A stretch of DNA of 63,961 bases, the filler included, from an uncultured Myxococcia bacterium (GTDB lineage: Bacteria > CAZTWC01): assembly GCA_964617105.1 (NCBI GenBank). It is 7 parts of 7 records of this genome, joined end to end, with 100 filler letters (N's around TTAATTAATTAA, not from the genome) between each part and the next. Parts side by side here need not be neighbours in the genome. Positions count along the whole stretch, not along the records: positions 9,668 to 19,085 come from CAZTWC010000134.1; positions 19,186 to 28,576 come from CAZTWC010000135.1; 5 more parts are not named here. One strand, 5' to 3'. Shown piece by piece: positions 10,307 through 20,069 of this stretch (position 1 is its first letter; the number at the start of each line of letters is the position of its first letter). Made by a program: the position numbers and the translations under genes. Below the pieces are notes generated by a model. It ran no database searches. It was not told the origin of the DNA and saw nothing but the letters and a program-made list of their open reading frames with translations.

Positions 10307-11392
10307 ATGAGAATAAAAGTAATTATATGCGCCGGCAGTGTCAGCGGCAATATCTATCCGGCATTGGCTCTGGCCGATGAAGTGAAGACCAGGCATCCAG
10401 AGAACCAGGTTTTATTAATTGGGGGCAAAAACTTTCTGGAAGATAAAATATTCGGTACCAGTCCTTACCGGGAATTGTATCCCCATAAATTGCTGGAGAT
10501 GAAGTGGTGCAATCATTGCATTTTATGGTTGGTGGAGTTATTCATTCTGATTTTCAAAGCGGGTAAAATTTTTAAAGAGTTCAAACCAGACTTTGTAATT
10601 GGCACTGGTGGGCAAATTTCTCTGCCCGTAGTATTTGCCGCTATTTTGTACCGTATCAAAACAGCGGTTTTAGAAGTTAATGCCCGTCCTTCCAGGATAA
10701 ACCGGTGGCTGGGCTTTTTTACCAGTAAGGTGTTTTTCACTTTTGAACGATGTGCCAAGTTTTTTAAAACCAATAAAAGTGCCAATCTCGGCAACCCGGT
10801 GCGCACTGAAATTTTAACCAATTATTTAAAAAAACATCAAAAACACGATAAGTTTACTTTGCTGGTGTTAAGTTCCAATAAGTTACCGCGGCTATTTAAT
10901 GATCAAATATTAGCGGCTTTTTCCCACCTTAGTCAAGATTTGGCTGATAAATTGAAGGTTATTCACCAGTCTCCCTGCCAGAGCCAGATGAATATTGCCG
11001 GGATATACGAACAAATTGGTATTGAGGCAGAAACTGTAGACTATATAGAGGATATGGCAGATACCTATTGCCGGGCCGATTTGGTAGTTAGCCGGGCCGG
11101 GGCCACAACCGTGACTGAGTTAATGATATGTAAGCGATCGGCTATATTGATTCCTTCTCCTTTACCTGATGACTATCATGAGACTGAGAATGCCAGGGCG
11201 CTCACCAATTACCGGGCGGCTTATATGATCGAAAGCGAAGGTGCTGAGGAAACCGGAATAAAAATAGCCTTTTCGGTTAGAGAATTAGTTGAAAACCCTA
11301 AAAAATTAAAAGAGATGGAGTCGCGCTGCGGAATTTTAGGACGTCCTGAGGCAGCTAAAGAGATAATTGACTGTATGGTTGAAATGAGGTGA
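10307..11392 (+). CDS. murG: MurG-family GlcNAc transferase with degenerate motifs
   Basis: Lies between ftsW and murC; GNPVR and SRAGATTVTEL retained; GGTGGH, HEQN and GGS motifs altered (see findings). Confidence 0.85.
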   Translation: MRIKVIICAGSVSGNIYPALALADEVKTRHPENQVLLIGGKNFLEDKIFGTSPYRELYPHKLLEMKWCNHCILWLVELFILIFKAGKIFKEFKPDFVIGTGGQISLPVVFAAILYRIKTAVLEVNARPSRINRWLGFFTSKVFFTFERCAKFFKTNKSANLGNPVRTEILTNYLKKHQKHDKFTLLVLSSNKLPRLFNDQILAAFSHLSQDLADKLKVIHQSPCQSQMNIAGIYEQIGIEAETVDYIEDMADTYCRADLVVSRAGATTVTELMICKRSAILIPSPLPDDYHETENARALTNYRAAYMIESEGAEETGIKIAFSVRELVENPKKLKEMESRCGILGRPEAAKEIIDCMVEMR

Positions 11393-11459
11393 TGCTAAAA
11401 GTTGTTTTACTTGGGTAGATGATTATATCAGGGATTGACTTTTGGCAGGGGAATTATAG

Positions 11460-12875
11460 ATGTTTAGAGACAAACAGTATCGTATCCACTTTATCGGCAT
11501 TGGCGGTATAGGTATGAGCGGCATAGCCGAGTTGTTGCTCAACCTGGGTTACCAGGTGACCGGTTCCGATTTAAGCCATAGTGCCATAGTGGACCGGTTG
11601 CGCCGGTTGGGCGGGTCTATCTTTATCGGACACTCACCGGAAAATCTTGGTCAGGCTCAAGTGGTAGTGGTTTCTTCGGCGGTAAAGTCTGATAATGTAG
11701 AGGTGTTGGCAGCCAGAAATCGGAATATCCCCATTATTCAGCGGGCTGAGATGCTGGCGGAACTGATGCGGTTGAAATATGGAATCGTGGTAGCTGGTTC
11801 ACACGGCAAGACTACCACCACTTCTATGCTGGCTACTATTCTGGCGGAAGGCGGGGTTGACCCTACCTATGTGATTGGCGGGAAATTGAAAAGCGCCGGT
11901 AATAATGCCAAATTGGGCTCATCAGACATTCTGGTGGCTGAAGGGGACGAAAGTGACGGCTCTTTTGTCCGTCTATCTCCTACCTGGGCGGTAATTACCA
12001 ATATCGATCCAGAACACCTGGATCATTATGGAAGTCTTGAAAAACTAAAAGAAACTTTTGTGGAGTTTGCCAATAAAGTGCCTTTCTATGGTTTGGTGGT
12101 TTGTTGCCTGGATAGCCAGGATTTGCAGGGCATTATCCCTCAAATCCAAAAAAGGGTGAAAACCTATGGTTTAAGCAGCCAAGCCGATTATCAGGCTACA
12201 GATATCAGGCACTCCGGTTTTATCACCAAATTCAAGGTTCTCAAACAGGGAAGAGAGATCGGGGATATTGAACTCAACATGTCGGGTGAGCATAATGTAT
12301 TAAATGCCCTGGCCTGTATTGCCATCAGCGATGAGATGAATGTGTCTTTTGAGAATGCTGCCCGGGCGTTAAATCATTTTGGCGGAATAGAGCGGCGTTT
12401 TGAACACAAAGGCACGGTCAATGATATAATGGTTATTGATGACTATGGACACCATCCGGTCGAGATTATCGCAACTTTAAAGGCTGCTCAAGTTGCCAGA
12501 AATAGTAGTCAAGAAATCCAGAGGAAAGGGAGAATAGTCACGATTTTTCAGCCTCATCGTTACTCCCGAACTAAACTTTTGTTCGATGATTTCCTCTCCG
12601 CATTCAACAATACCGATCTGTTGGTTCTTACTGAAATTTATGGCGCTGGGGAAGAGAAAATAGAAGGAGTCTGTTCAAAAAAATTGTACCAGGGGATCAG
12701 AGAGTATGGGCATCGCAACCTATATTTTATAGAGGATAAAGAGCAGATTGCCAGCCAGGTGGTGGACCAGTTACAGCCGGGCGATCTGGTTTTAACGCTG
12801 GGGGCAGGGGATGTTCACCTGGTGGGTGGGCAATTGTTAAAACTGTTGGAAGAGAAACAAAGGGAACAAAAATGA
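11460..12875 (+). CDS. murC: UDP-N-acetylmuramate--L-alanine ligase
   Basis: HFIGIGGIGMSG, GSHGKTTTT, EGDESDGSF, DDYGHHP, FQPHRYSRT. Confidence 0.97.
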   Translation: MFRDKQYRIHFIGIGGIGMSGIAELLLNLGYQVTGSDLSHSAIVDRLRRLGGSIFIGHSPENLGQAQVVVVSSAVKSDNVEVLAARNRNIPIIQRAEMLAELMRLKYGIVVAGSHGKTTTTSMLATILAEGGVDPTYVIGGKLKSAGNNAKLGSSDILVAEGDESDGSFVRLSPTWAVITNIDPEHLDHYGSLEKLKETFVEFANKVPFYGLVVCCLDSQDLQGIIPQIQKRVKTYGLSSQADYQATDIRHSGFITKFKVLKQGREIGDIELNMSGEHNVLNALACIAISDEMNVSFENAARALNHFGGIERRFEHKGTVNDIMVIDDYGHHPVEIIATLKAAQVARNSSQEIQRKGRIVTIFQPHRYSRTKLLFDDFLSAFNNTDLLVLTEIYGAGEEKIEGVCSKKLYQGIREYGHRNLYFIEDKEQIASQVVDQLQPGDLVLTLGAGDVHLVGGQLLKLLEEKQREQK

Positions 12876-13807
12876 CCCTGGAAAGCATTTTGGAAAATTT
12901 GGATTCTATGGCAGCCAACTACTGCCTGCAGGAACCGATGAGTGTGCACACCACCTATAAGTTGGGAGGTCCGGCTGCTATTTTTATTAGTCCCAGGGAA
13001 GCAGAGGAGTTACAGGAGATATTAAGGCTACTCTTCTTAGAGAGGTCACCCTATTTCATTCTGGGTGCTGGTTCCAACCTTTTAGTAGCGGACAGAGGCT
13101 ATAGAGGCGCTATTTTATATTTTATGGAATATTTTACCGCTCTTTCGATTTTGGAAAAATCATCGGAAAAAGTGGTGATAGAGGTAGGGGCAGGGGTTAA
13201 AAACCGTGCTCTGCTTCAGTTTTGCCAGGAACATGGCATCAGCGGTGCGGAGTTTTTGACCGGTATCCCTGGCACTGCCGGTGGAGCGGTGGCTATGAAT
13301 GCGGGGACCCAATTGGGGCGAATGGAAGATATTCTGGTAGAAGTCCAGGTGCTGTCGGGAAACCGGTATGCACCAGCCTGGCAACCATCTAATTATTTCA
13401 AGTTCGATTATAGACGCACCACCCTGTCTCCCGGATCGGCAATAGCCAATATCCGGCTCAGGTTGCGCCCGGAGGATCCCAACCACATAGCGGAGATTAT
13501 TGATGCCCAGCAGCAAATTCGGGACAGCAAGTATCCTGATCAGCCTTCGGCAGGTTCGGTATTTTTAAATCCTCCTGGAAAATATGCCGGCCGTCTTATT
13601 CAGGAGGCGGGGTTGAAAGGGCACAGAATCGGTGGCGCTCAGGTGTCTCCCCAGCACGGTAATTTTTTGGTTAATCTACAGGATGATACCAGGGCAGAGG
13701 ATATCAAGGCTTTGATGGAGTTGGTGAGAAAAGAGGTAAAAGCAAAGTTTAATGTAGAACTGCAACCAGAAGTTAGGTTATTAGGGTTCACCGAAGGGTT
13801 TGAATAA
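12872..13807 (+). CDS. murB: UDP-N-acetylenolpyruvoylglucosamine reductase
   Basis: GAGSNLLV, GIPGTAGGAVAMNAG, PSAGSVFLNP, QHGNFLVN, LQPEV. Confidence 0.96.
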   Translation: MTLESILENLDSMAANYCLQEPMSVHTTYKLGGPAAIFISPREAEELQEILRLLFLERSPYFILGAGSNLLVADRGYRGAILYFMEYFTALSILEKSSEKVVIEVGAGVKNRALLQFCQEHGISGAEFLTGIPGTAGGAVAMNAGTQLGRMEDILVEVQVLSGNRYAPAWQPSNYFKFDYRRTTLSPGSAIANIRLRLRPEDPNHIAEIIDAQQQIRDSKYPDQPSAGSVFLNPPGKYAGRLIQEAGLKGHRIGGAQVSPQHGNFLVNLQDDTRAEDIKALMELVRKEVKAKFNVELQPEVRLLGFTEGFE

Positions 13808-14645
13808 ATTGAAAAAGAAACAGGTTAAAATTCAGGCAAATCGTAAAAAGGCTCCTAAGGTTCCTTTTTGGATAAAATATGGAGAAAAGGTAAAGCGATA
13901 TAGCCGAAAAGTTATTTTTATCAGTTGTTTAGGATTGGTTTTTTCCCTCTCTTTTTATTTAACCACCCGGATTAAATATTCCGAATTTTTTCTGGTAAGC
14001 CAGATGGAAGTGTATGGAAATCAAAGGGTGAAAAGCGAAGAAATAATAAACACCTTACCCTTTGGCAAGGGTGATAATCTGTTTCAGATAGATTTAGGTA
14101 CAGGAATTGATAACTTGCAAGAGATGAACTGGATCAAGACAGCGGAAATAAAAAAACGTTATCCCAATAAGATAATAGTGGTCATTGAAGAGCATAGGGC
14201 AGCCGGGGTAATAGAGTTGGACAGTTTATATCTTGTGGATGGAGAAGGAAAGATATTTAAGCGGGTAGAGGAAAATGAAGGAGATGGTTTGGCGCTAATA
14301 AAGGCCTGCACCGAGAGCGAGTTTGATAAGCAGAAAGAGATTTGCCGTCAATTGGTAGTCAAAGCGCTAGAGATAATCAAGAGTTATCAAGAGATGAATT
14401 TGCACCTTTTTCAACCAATTTCCAGAGTGATAGCGGATAAATTGACCGGTTATACTTTGGAGGTGGGTAAATTTAAGACTAGAATCCATTTGGGACTGGA
14501 TAGTAAACAAAGTACCAGAAAAAAGAAGTTGGACAGGTTGTCCAAATTGTTGACCGTTCTGGGAAAGAAGTCGGACAAGGTGGATTATATTTTTTTAGAC
14601 AATCAACGAAATCCAGAAATGGTCAGTTTGGCCTGGCGAAAATAG
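13800..14645 (+). CDS. ftsQ: Cell division protein FtsQ/DivIB
   Basis: Basic N-terminus, one TM segment, POTRA-like VYGNQRV...WIKTAEIKKRYPNKIIVVIEE; upstream of ftsA. Confidence 0.88.
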   Translation: MNKLKKKQVKIQANRKKAPKVPFWIKYGEKVKRYSRKVIFISCLGLVFSLSFYLTTRIKYSEFFLVSQMEVYGNQRVKSEEIINTLPFGKGDNLFQIDLGTGIDNLQEMNWIKTAEIKKRYPNKIIVVIEEHRAAGVIELDSLYLVDGEGKIFKRVEENEGDGLALIKACTESEFDKQKEICRQLVVKALEIIKSYQEMNLHLFQPISRVIADKLTGYTLEVGKFKTRIHLGLDSKQSTRKKKLDRLSKLLTVLGKKSDKVDYIFLDNQRNPEMVSLAWRK

Positions 14646-14699
14646 TGATAAATTTATAAAGCAGATAATTTTTTTTTTTTTAAAGGGGAGGAAAATTTG

Positions 14700-15941
14700 A
14701 TGAGTGATAATGATATTATTGTAGGCCTGGATATTGGCACCACAAAAGTTTGTGCCATTGTTGGGGAGAGGAATGCCAAGAACCAGGTGGATATCCTGGG
14801 GGTTGGCACTAGCCCGTCAGATGGTTTGAGATACGGTATGGTGATAAATGTCAATCAAACTATGGAATCTATTAAGGCAGCTATAGAAGAGGCGGAAATT
14901 ATGGCTGGGTGTGATATCCACCAGGTTTATATCGGTATCGCCGGAGGTCATATTAAGGGTTTTAATTCTCATGGTATGGTGATGATCAAAGATGGAGAGG
15001 TGAGTCAGGAGGATGTCAATCGGGTTATGGACCTGGCAGTGGCGGTAGGGATGCCGCCGGAAAGGCAAATTTTCCATACTATTCCGCAGGAATTTATGAT
15101 TGACCAGCAGACAGGCATTAAGGATCCTTTGGGTTTACGAGGCAATCGGTTAAGCGCTAAAGCTCATATTGTTACCGGTCAGGTTACCAGTACTGAAAAC
15201 ATGGTAAACTGCGCCAACAACTGTGGACTAAGCGTGGCCGATATTATTTTACAACCCTTAGCCTCGGCCGAGGCGGTGCTTTCCGAGGATGAGAAAGACC
15301 TGGGAGTGGCATTGGTGGATATTGGCGGCGGCACCACTGATATCGCTATTTTTTACTGCGGTAGTATTCAGCATACTGCTGTGATTACCAAAGGAGGCAA
15401 TGATATTACCCAGGAGATCTCAATTAGTTTGCGAACCTCCACTGCTGAGGCGGAAAAGATCAAACGGCAATATGGGTGTGCCTTAACCGACCTGGTTATT
15501 AAAGATGAGTTTTTGGATGTTCCAACCGTGGGCAAGCAAAAGTTGGTAAAGTGCTCAAGGAAATACTTAGCCGAGATCATTCAGCCCAGTTTGGAGGAGA
15601 TTTTCAATGCTGTTCACGAGCAGATTTTAAATAGCGGATTTGCCGATTTACTGACTTCCGGAGTGGTTATAACTGGTGGCAGCACTATGTTGGAGGGGAT
15701 GCCTCAGTTGTCGGAAAAAGTATTGGAGTTACAGACCCGGCGGGGGATACCCAATAAAGTTGATGGTTTATCCGATTTGGTTAGTTATCCGATCTATTCC
15801 ACCGGTGTGGGCCTGGTTCAATACGGTCTCTATAACCATTCTGCCTACCCGCCGATTCCATTGGGACGGCCGGTAACTGAAACTATAATTAACAGGCTGA
15901 AATCTTTTATCTCTTCTTGGGGAATATTTGGCCATAAATAA
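14700..15941 (+). CDS. ftsA: Cell division protein FtsA
   Basis: VGLDIGTTKVC, VDIGGGTTD, GVVITGGS, C-terminal amphipathic helix; GGAGG RBS before ATG 14700. Confidence 0.97.
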   Translation: MSDNDIIVGLDIGTTKVCAIVGERNAKNQVDILGVGTSPSDGLRYGMVINVNQTMESIKAAIEEAEIMAGCDIHQVYIGIAGGHIKGFNSHGMVMIKDGEVSQEDVNRVMDLAVAVGMPPERQIFHTIPQEFMIDQQTGIKDPLGLRGNRLSAKAHIVTGQVTSTENMVNCANNCGLSVADIILQPLASAEAVLSEDEKDLGVALVDIGGGTTDIAIFYCGSIQHTAVITKGGNDITQEISISLRTSTAEAEKIKRQYGCALTDLVIKDEFLDVPTVGKQKLVKCSRKYLAEIIQPSLEEIFNAVHEQILNSGFADLLTSGVVITGGSTMLEGMPQLSEKVLELQTRRGIPNKVDGLSDLVSYPIYSTGVGLVQYGLYNHSAYPPIPLGRPVTETIINRLKSFISSWGIFGHK

Positions 15942-16031
15942 AGTTCAAAACTAATAATTTTCTGGTTGAAAAAGCCGGGGGAGATTTTAACTAAGGGCCT
16001 GAGCGCCCTAGTCTTCATGGGGGAGGACAAC

Positions 16032-17261
16032 ATGATTGATTTTAATGATCAGGCAGAGGAACTATCAATAGTTATGGATCCACAGCAGACTCGAGAATTG
16101 GGAGCCCGCATCAAAGTAGTGGGTGCCGGTGGTGGTGGTGGCAATGCCATCAATACCATGATCGCATCCGGGGTTGAGCATGTCGATTTTATTGCCGCCA
16201 ATACCGATTGTCAGGCGTTGGATAAGAGTCTGGCTCCAGTAAAGATCCAGTTGGGTATGGAGTTGACCAGGGGATTGGGTGCCGGTGGAAAACCGGAAAT
16301 CGGTCGTAAAGCCGCAGAAGAGAGCAAGGATGATATTGCCGAATGCCTAGATGGGGCAGACATGGTTTTTATCGCTGCTGGAGAGGGTGGAGGTACGGGA
16401 ACTGGAGCAGCGCCGGTGATTGCGAAGACGGCAATGGACATGGGTTGCCTGACGGTGGGGATAGTAACCAAACCCTTTAATTTCGAGATGACCCGCCGTA
16501 AAAAACAGGCCGAGGCGGGAATAGAGGAGTTGCGCCGTAACGTAGATTCATTAATTACTATACCAAATCAAAAGCTTATATCTACAAGTGGCCCTTGCCC
16601 TACTTTAAAAGAGTCGTTTAAAATGGTTGACTATGTGTTGTTAAATGCGGTACAGTCAATTAGTGATATTATCAACAAACCAGGTATGATAAATGTAGAT
16701 TTTGCCGATGTAACCTCAATTATGAGGAGTAGCGGCATGGCCATCATGGGCGTAGGCAGGGCAAATGGGGCGGATCGGGCTTTAGAAGCGGCCCGGCAGG
16801 CTATCTCATCACCGCTGTTGGAAGATACTTCCATTACCGGGGCTACCGGTATTCTGATTAATTTCACTGCGGGCAGAGATTTGACTCCGATTGAATTAGA
16901 GGTTGCTACCCAATTGATCAGTGATATGGCTGATGATGATGTTAACCTGATTTTTGGGGTACTCGATGATGAAAAGATGGACGATGATTTACAATTGACT
17001 GTCATTGCAACCGGATTTGCCGATCACATGGAGGATACGGTTCATTATAAATCTGCCCGGCCCTCCATCGACTTTCATGACCCGTTGCCTAAAAGCGTAG
17101 TTGATATACATCGGGAATTCAGAAGAGGACAGAGAACCGAAGTGGAGATGATTAACAGCAATAAAAGTTTAGTCAATCCATCCGGTTTCGGTCAGTCGAG
17201 ATTTCTCAACCGGCGAGTGATTAGTGATGACGAAGCAGAGTTTCCAGTAAACGGATATTAA
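16032..17261 (+). CDS. ftsZ: Cell division protein FtsZ
   Basis: IKVVGAGGGGGNA, GGGTGTG tubulin motif, INVDFADV; GGAGG RBS favours ATG 16032 over the track's 15966. Confidence 0.97.
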   Translation: MIDFNDQAEELSIVMDPQQTRELGARIKVVGAGGGGGNAINTMIASGVEHVDFIAANTDCQALDKSLAPVKIQLGMELTRGLGAGGKPEIGRKAAEESKDDIAECLDGADMVFIAAGEGGGTGTGAAPVIAKTAMDMGCLTVGIVTKPFNFEMTRRKKQAEAGIEELRRNVDSLITIPNQKLISTSGPCPTLKESFKMVDYVLLNAVQSISDIINKPGMINVDFADVTSIMRSSGMAIMGVGRANGADRALEAARQAISSPLLEDTSITGATGILINFTAGRDLTPIELEVATQLISDMADDDVNLIFGVLDDEKMDDDLQLTVIATGFADHMEDTVHYKSARPSIDFHDPLPKSVVDIHREFRRGQRTEVEMINSNKSLVNPSGFGQSRFLNRRVISDDEAEFPVNGY

Positions 17262-17288
17262 TTACCGGGCAGGTTTTGGTGATTGGTT

Positions 17289-17903
17289 ATGAATATAGAG
17301 CGAATTGAGCAAGATTTTGTGCGTGGTAACCTTCTCTTTAGCGAAGGTGAAGAGGGCGATACCATGTATATTATCTTGGAAGGCAAGGTGCTGATCACTA
17401 AGAGTCTGGGTGAAACCACCAAGACTTTGGCAGTGCTGGAACCGGGAGATTTTTTTGGCGAAATGTCCCTTCTAACCGGCGAGACACGATCTGCCAATGC
17501 CATGGTTTCAGAAGATTCCCGTATGCTGGTGGTAGATCAGGAAGCCTTTTCTACCCTGGTTTCCACCAATGCCAAGATCGCCTGGAATATTATGACCCGG
17601 CTGGCCTACCGTTTGAGAGAGAGCCATATCCTACTCGACAATTTGCTTTTTGTTCATCCTCTTTGCCGGGTAGCCAATACCCTGTTAAAAGAGATAGAAG
17701 GGAGGGACTTTTTAGGTAAAGAACCATACGTAGAATTGGATATCCCCTCTATAGCCAGAAAAACCGGTCTGACAACTGAAAAAGTCAGGAGTTTGCTGAT
17801 AAAGTTAGATAAGGAAGAGATAATCAGCAAGGGAACCGACTGTTATTTTATCCACAAATCCGATGCCCTGCGAACCCTGTTTGGCATGCTCAGGGATAAT
17901 TAA
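17289..17903 (+). CDS. Crp/Fnr-family cNMP-binding regulator
   Basis: LFSEGEEGDTMYIILEGKV, GDFFGEMSLL, RSANA, C-terminal HTH-like segment; start could be 17283. Confidence 0.88.
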   Translation: MNIERIEQDFVRGNLLFSEGEEGDTMYIILEGKVLITKSLGETTKTLAVLEPGDFFGEMSLLTGETRSANAMVSEDSRMLVVDQEAFSTLVSTNAKIAWNIMTRLAYRLRESHILLDNLLFVHPLCRVANTLLKEIEGRDFLGKEPYVELDIPSIARKTGLTTEKVRSLLIKLDKEEIISKGTDCYFIHKSDALRTLFGMLRDN

Positions 17904-17945
17904 AAATGATTTCCCTGCCTACTCCCCTTATTAATCCTTAGAATT

Positions 17946-19085
17946 ATGATTCCGGTTTTGGTGGCTTATGCCAATAGTCCCCAAATAGGTATGGACAATT
18001 TGGGTCTGCAGATGGTTTATCGCCTGGCTCGCCAAACCAGTAATCTGGCAGTAGATACCTGGTTCTGGTCCGGCTTACCAGGAAAGAAAAGAACTTCTGG
18101 TCAAAGGCGGGGCACCTATATCCCGCAACGCCATCCCGCCTCTTTTTCACTTATTCTTTTCTCAATCTCTTATGAATTGGACTATACCAATATTTATTCT
18201 ATGCTGAAGGGAGCTGGTATAGAGCCTTTCAGTGATGATAGAGATGATAGGTCCCCATTGATAGTTGCCGGCGGTTTCAGTTTGATGATGAACCCGGAGC
18301 CGGTGGCCCCATTTTTCGATCTGGTGCTTATTGGAGAGGCAGAGGCCATGTTGCCGGGTTTTTTCAATAAATATAGAGAACTGGTAAGTAAAAAGCGGAA
18401 GATAGTTAAAGATGAATTGTCATCTCTGCCCGGTGTTTACATGCCTGGCAGGCTGTTGCCACGTTACAGTTCCTCCGGTATTTTTAAAGGTTTTAAAGGA
18501 GAAAGGGGAGGAAATTACCAGGTAAAGCGGCAATGGAGAGATGAATTGGGGCCAGAGGTCCCATCATGCTCTAATCTTTCCGGAGATAGGCATTTTGCCA
18601 GTTTTAACCTGGAGGTGGCTCGCGGTTGTCCCCAGGGGTGCCGTTTTTGCGCTGCCAGTTTTATCTATCGGCCTTTTCGGGTACATTCGTGCCAAAATAT
18701 AATCAATGAAACCAAAGAGGCGCCGTCCAATTGCCGGGTGGGATTGGTCTCATCAGCCCTTTTTGCCCATCCCGAAATTTCTCAGATTATATCTGGTTTG
18801 GCCGGGATGGGCCGGGGATTTACCCTTTCCTCCATGAGTTTGAATCACCCGGTGGAAAAAGTGTTGGCGCAAAGTCCTGTCAGGCAAAACACCATCAGCC
18901 TGGCGCCGGAAACCGGCAGCAGGCGTCTGGCTCGGGTGATTAACAAACCCTATTGCCTGGAAGAGTTACTCTCCCGTATTCAGGAAGTTTCCCGGCTGGG
19001 TGCCATCAATATCAAACTCTATCTGTTGGTGGGGTTGCCGGGAGAAATTTCTCAGGATATAGAGGATAATTGTCAAATGATTGCC
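17946..19085 (+). CDS. Radical SAM protein (B12-binding-like N-terminus), 3'-partial
   Basis: FSISYELD, NPEPVAPFFD, EVARGCPQGCRFC (CxxxCxxC), LAPETGS. Confidence 0.88.
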
Positions 19086-19185
19086 NNNNNNNNNNNNNNN
19101 NNNNNNNNNNNNNNNNNNNNNNNNNNNNNTTAATTAATTAANNNNNNNNNNNNNNNNNNNNNNNNNNNNNNNNNNNNNNNNNNNN
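19086..19185. other. Artificial contig linker
   Basis: N44-TTAATTAATTAA-N44. Confidence 0.98.
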
Positions 19186-19291
19186 GAAGAAAAAAGGCAA
19201 CTATCCAGAATAGCCACTGCCTTTTTTGAGGCTTCGTTTCGGCTTTATCCCATTGGGATTGTTCAAAGTTCTCTTCCATCTTAGGTCTCCA

Positions 19292-20001
19292 TCAAAGTCC
19301 TTTAATCTGAAAAGGCAATAACCTTTCTTTAGTAGTTTCATCACCTAATTGACCCTGTTTGTTTCCTCCCCAGCACCATACACTTTGGTCGCAGGTGATT
19401 CCGCAGGTAAGGGTGTCTGCAGTTGAGATTGTCCTCCAATACCTATTACCGATTTGCTTCGGAGTTGTCCGGTTTATGGTGGTGCAGTCGCCCAGTTTTC
19501 CATAAATATTTTCACCCCAGCAATAGAGTTTGTTTTGAGAGTTTACCGCACAGGTATTATTTGTCCCGGTAGAGATCTGCAGACCAGAATCGCATATTTT
19601 ATGGTCAGAAGTGGCGCCTGCTGATTCTGTAGTATCATTTTTACAGCCAGGAGTTACTTCCTTAGAAGAATTTGATTTGGCTAACATTTCACACTCACTC
19701 CATTCTCCCTCCCGGCAAGTTGCAATGCCATCGCCCTCGGGAGTGGTGCAGCCCCGCATAAGGCCTTCATCCACTTGTCCATTGCAGTCATTGTCAATGC
19801 CATCGCAGAACTCCCATCCTTTTGTACATTTTGAACTACCGGAGGGATCACCGGTTTTTGACTTAAGGGCTCACTCAAAAATAACTTCGCATTTTCGCAT
19901 CCCAGATTCGGGCCATCTTTGGGAGTAATATCTATGGCCCAGCAACCGGCGATAAACAGACATAACACCACGGCCAGCCAATTTTCTAATAATTTAACCA
20001 T
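19292..20001 (-). pseudogene. Frameshifted lipoprotein with a MopE-like repeat and RCC1 repeats
   Basis: Signal and lipobox (FIAGC) are in frame 19681..20001. EFCDGIDNDCNGQVDEG and RCC1 repeats (LYCWGENIYGKLGD, VWCWGGNKQGQLGD) are in another frame that opens just after an in-frame TGA inside a repeat copy near 19871. Confidence 0.7.
19867..19924 (+). repeat. Dispersed palindromic mini-element, copy A
   Basis: taa|GGGCTCACTCAAAAATAACTTCGCATTTTCGCATCCCAGATTCGGGCC; matches the copies at 20972, 43849 and 44658. Confidence 0.8.
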
Positions 20002-20069
20002 TATTACTGCACCTCATAATATGGAGCCTCTCTCCAGCATTCCAGATGGCCAGATTTTCAAATATCTCG

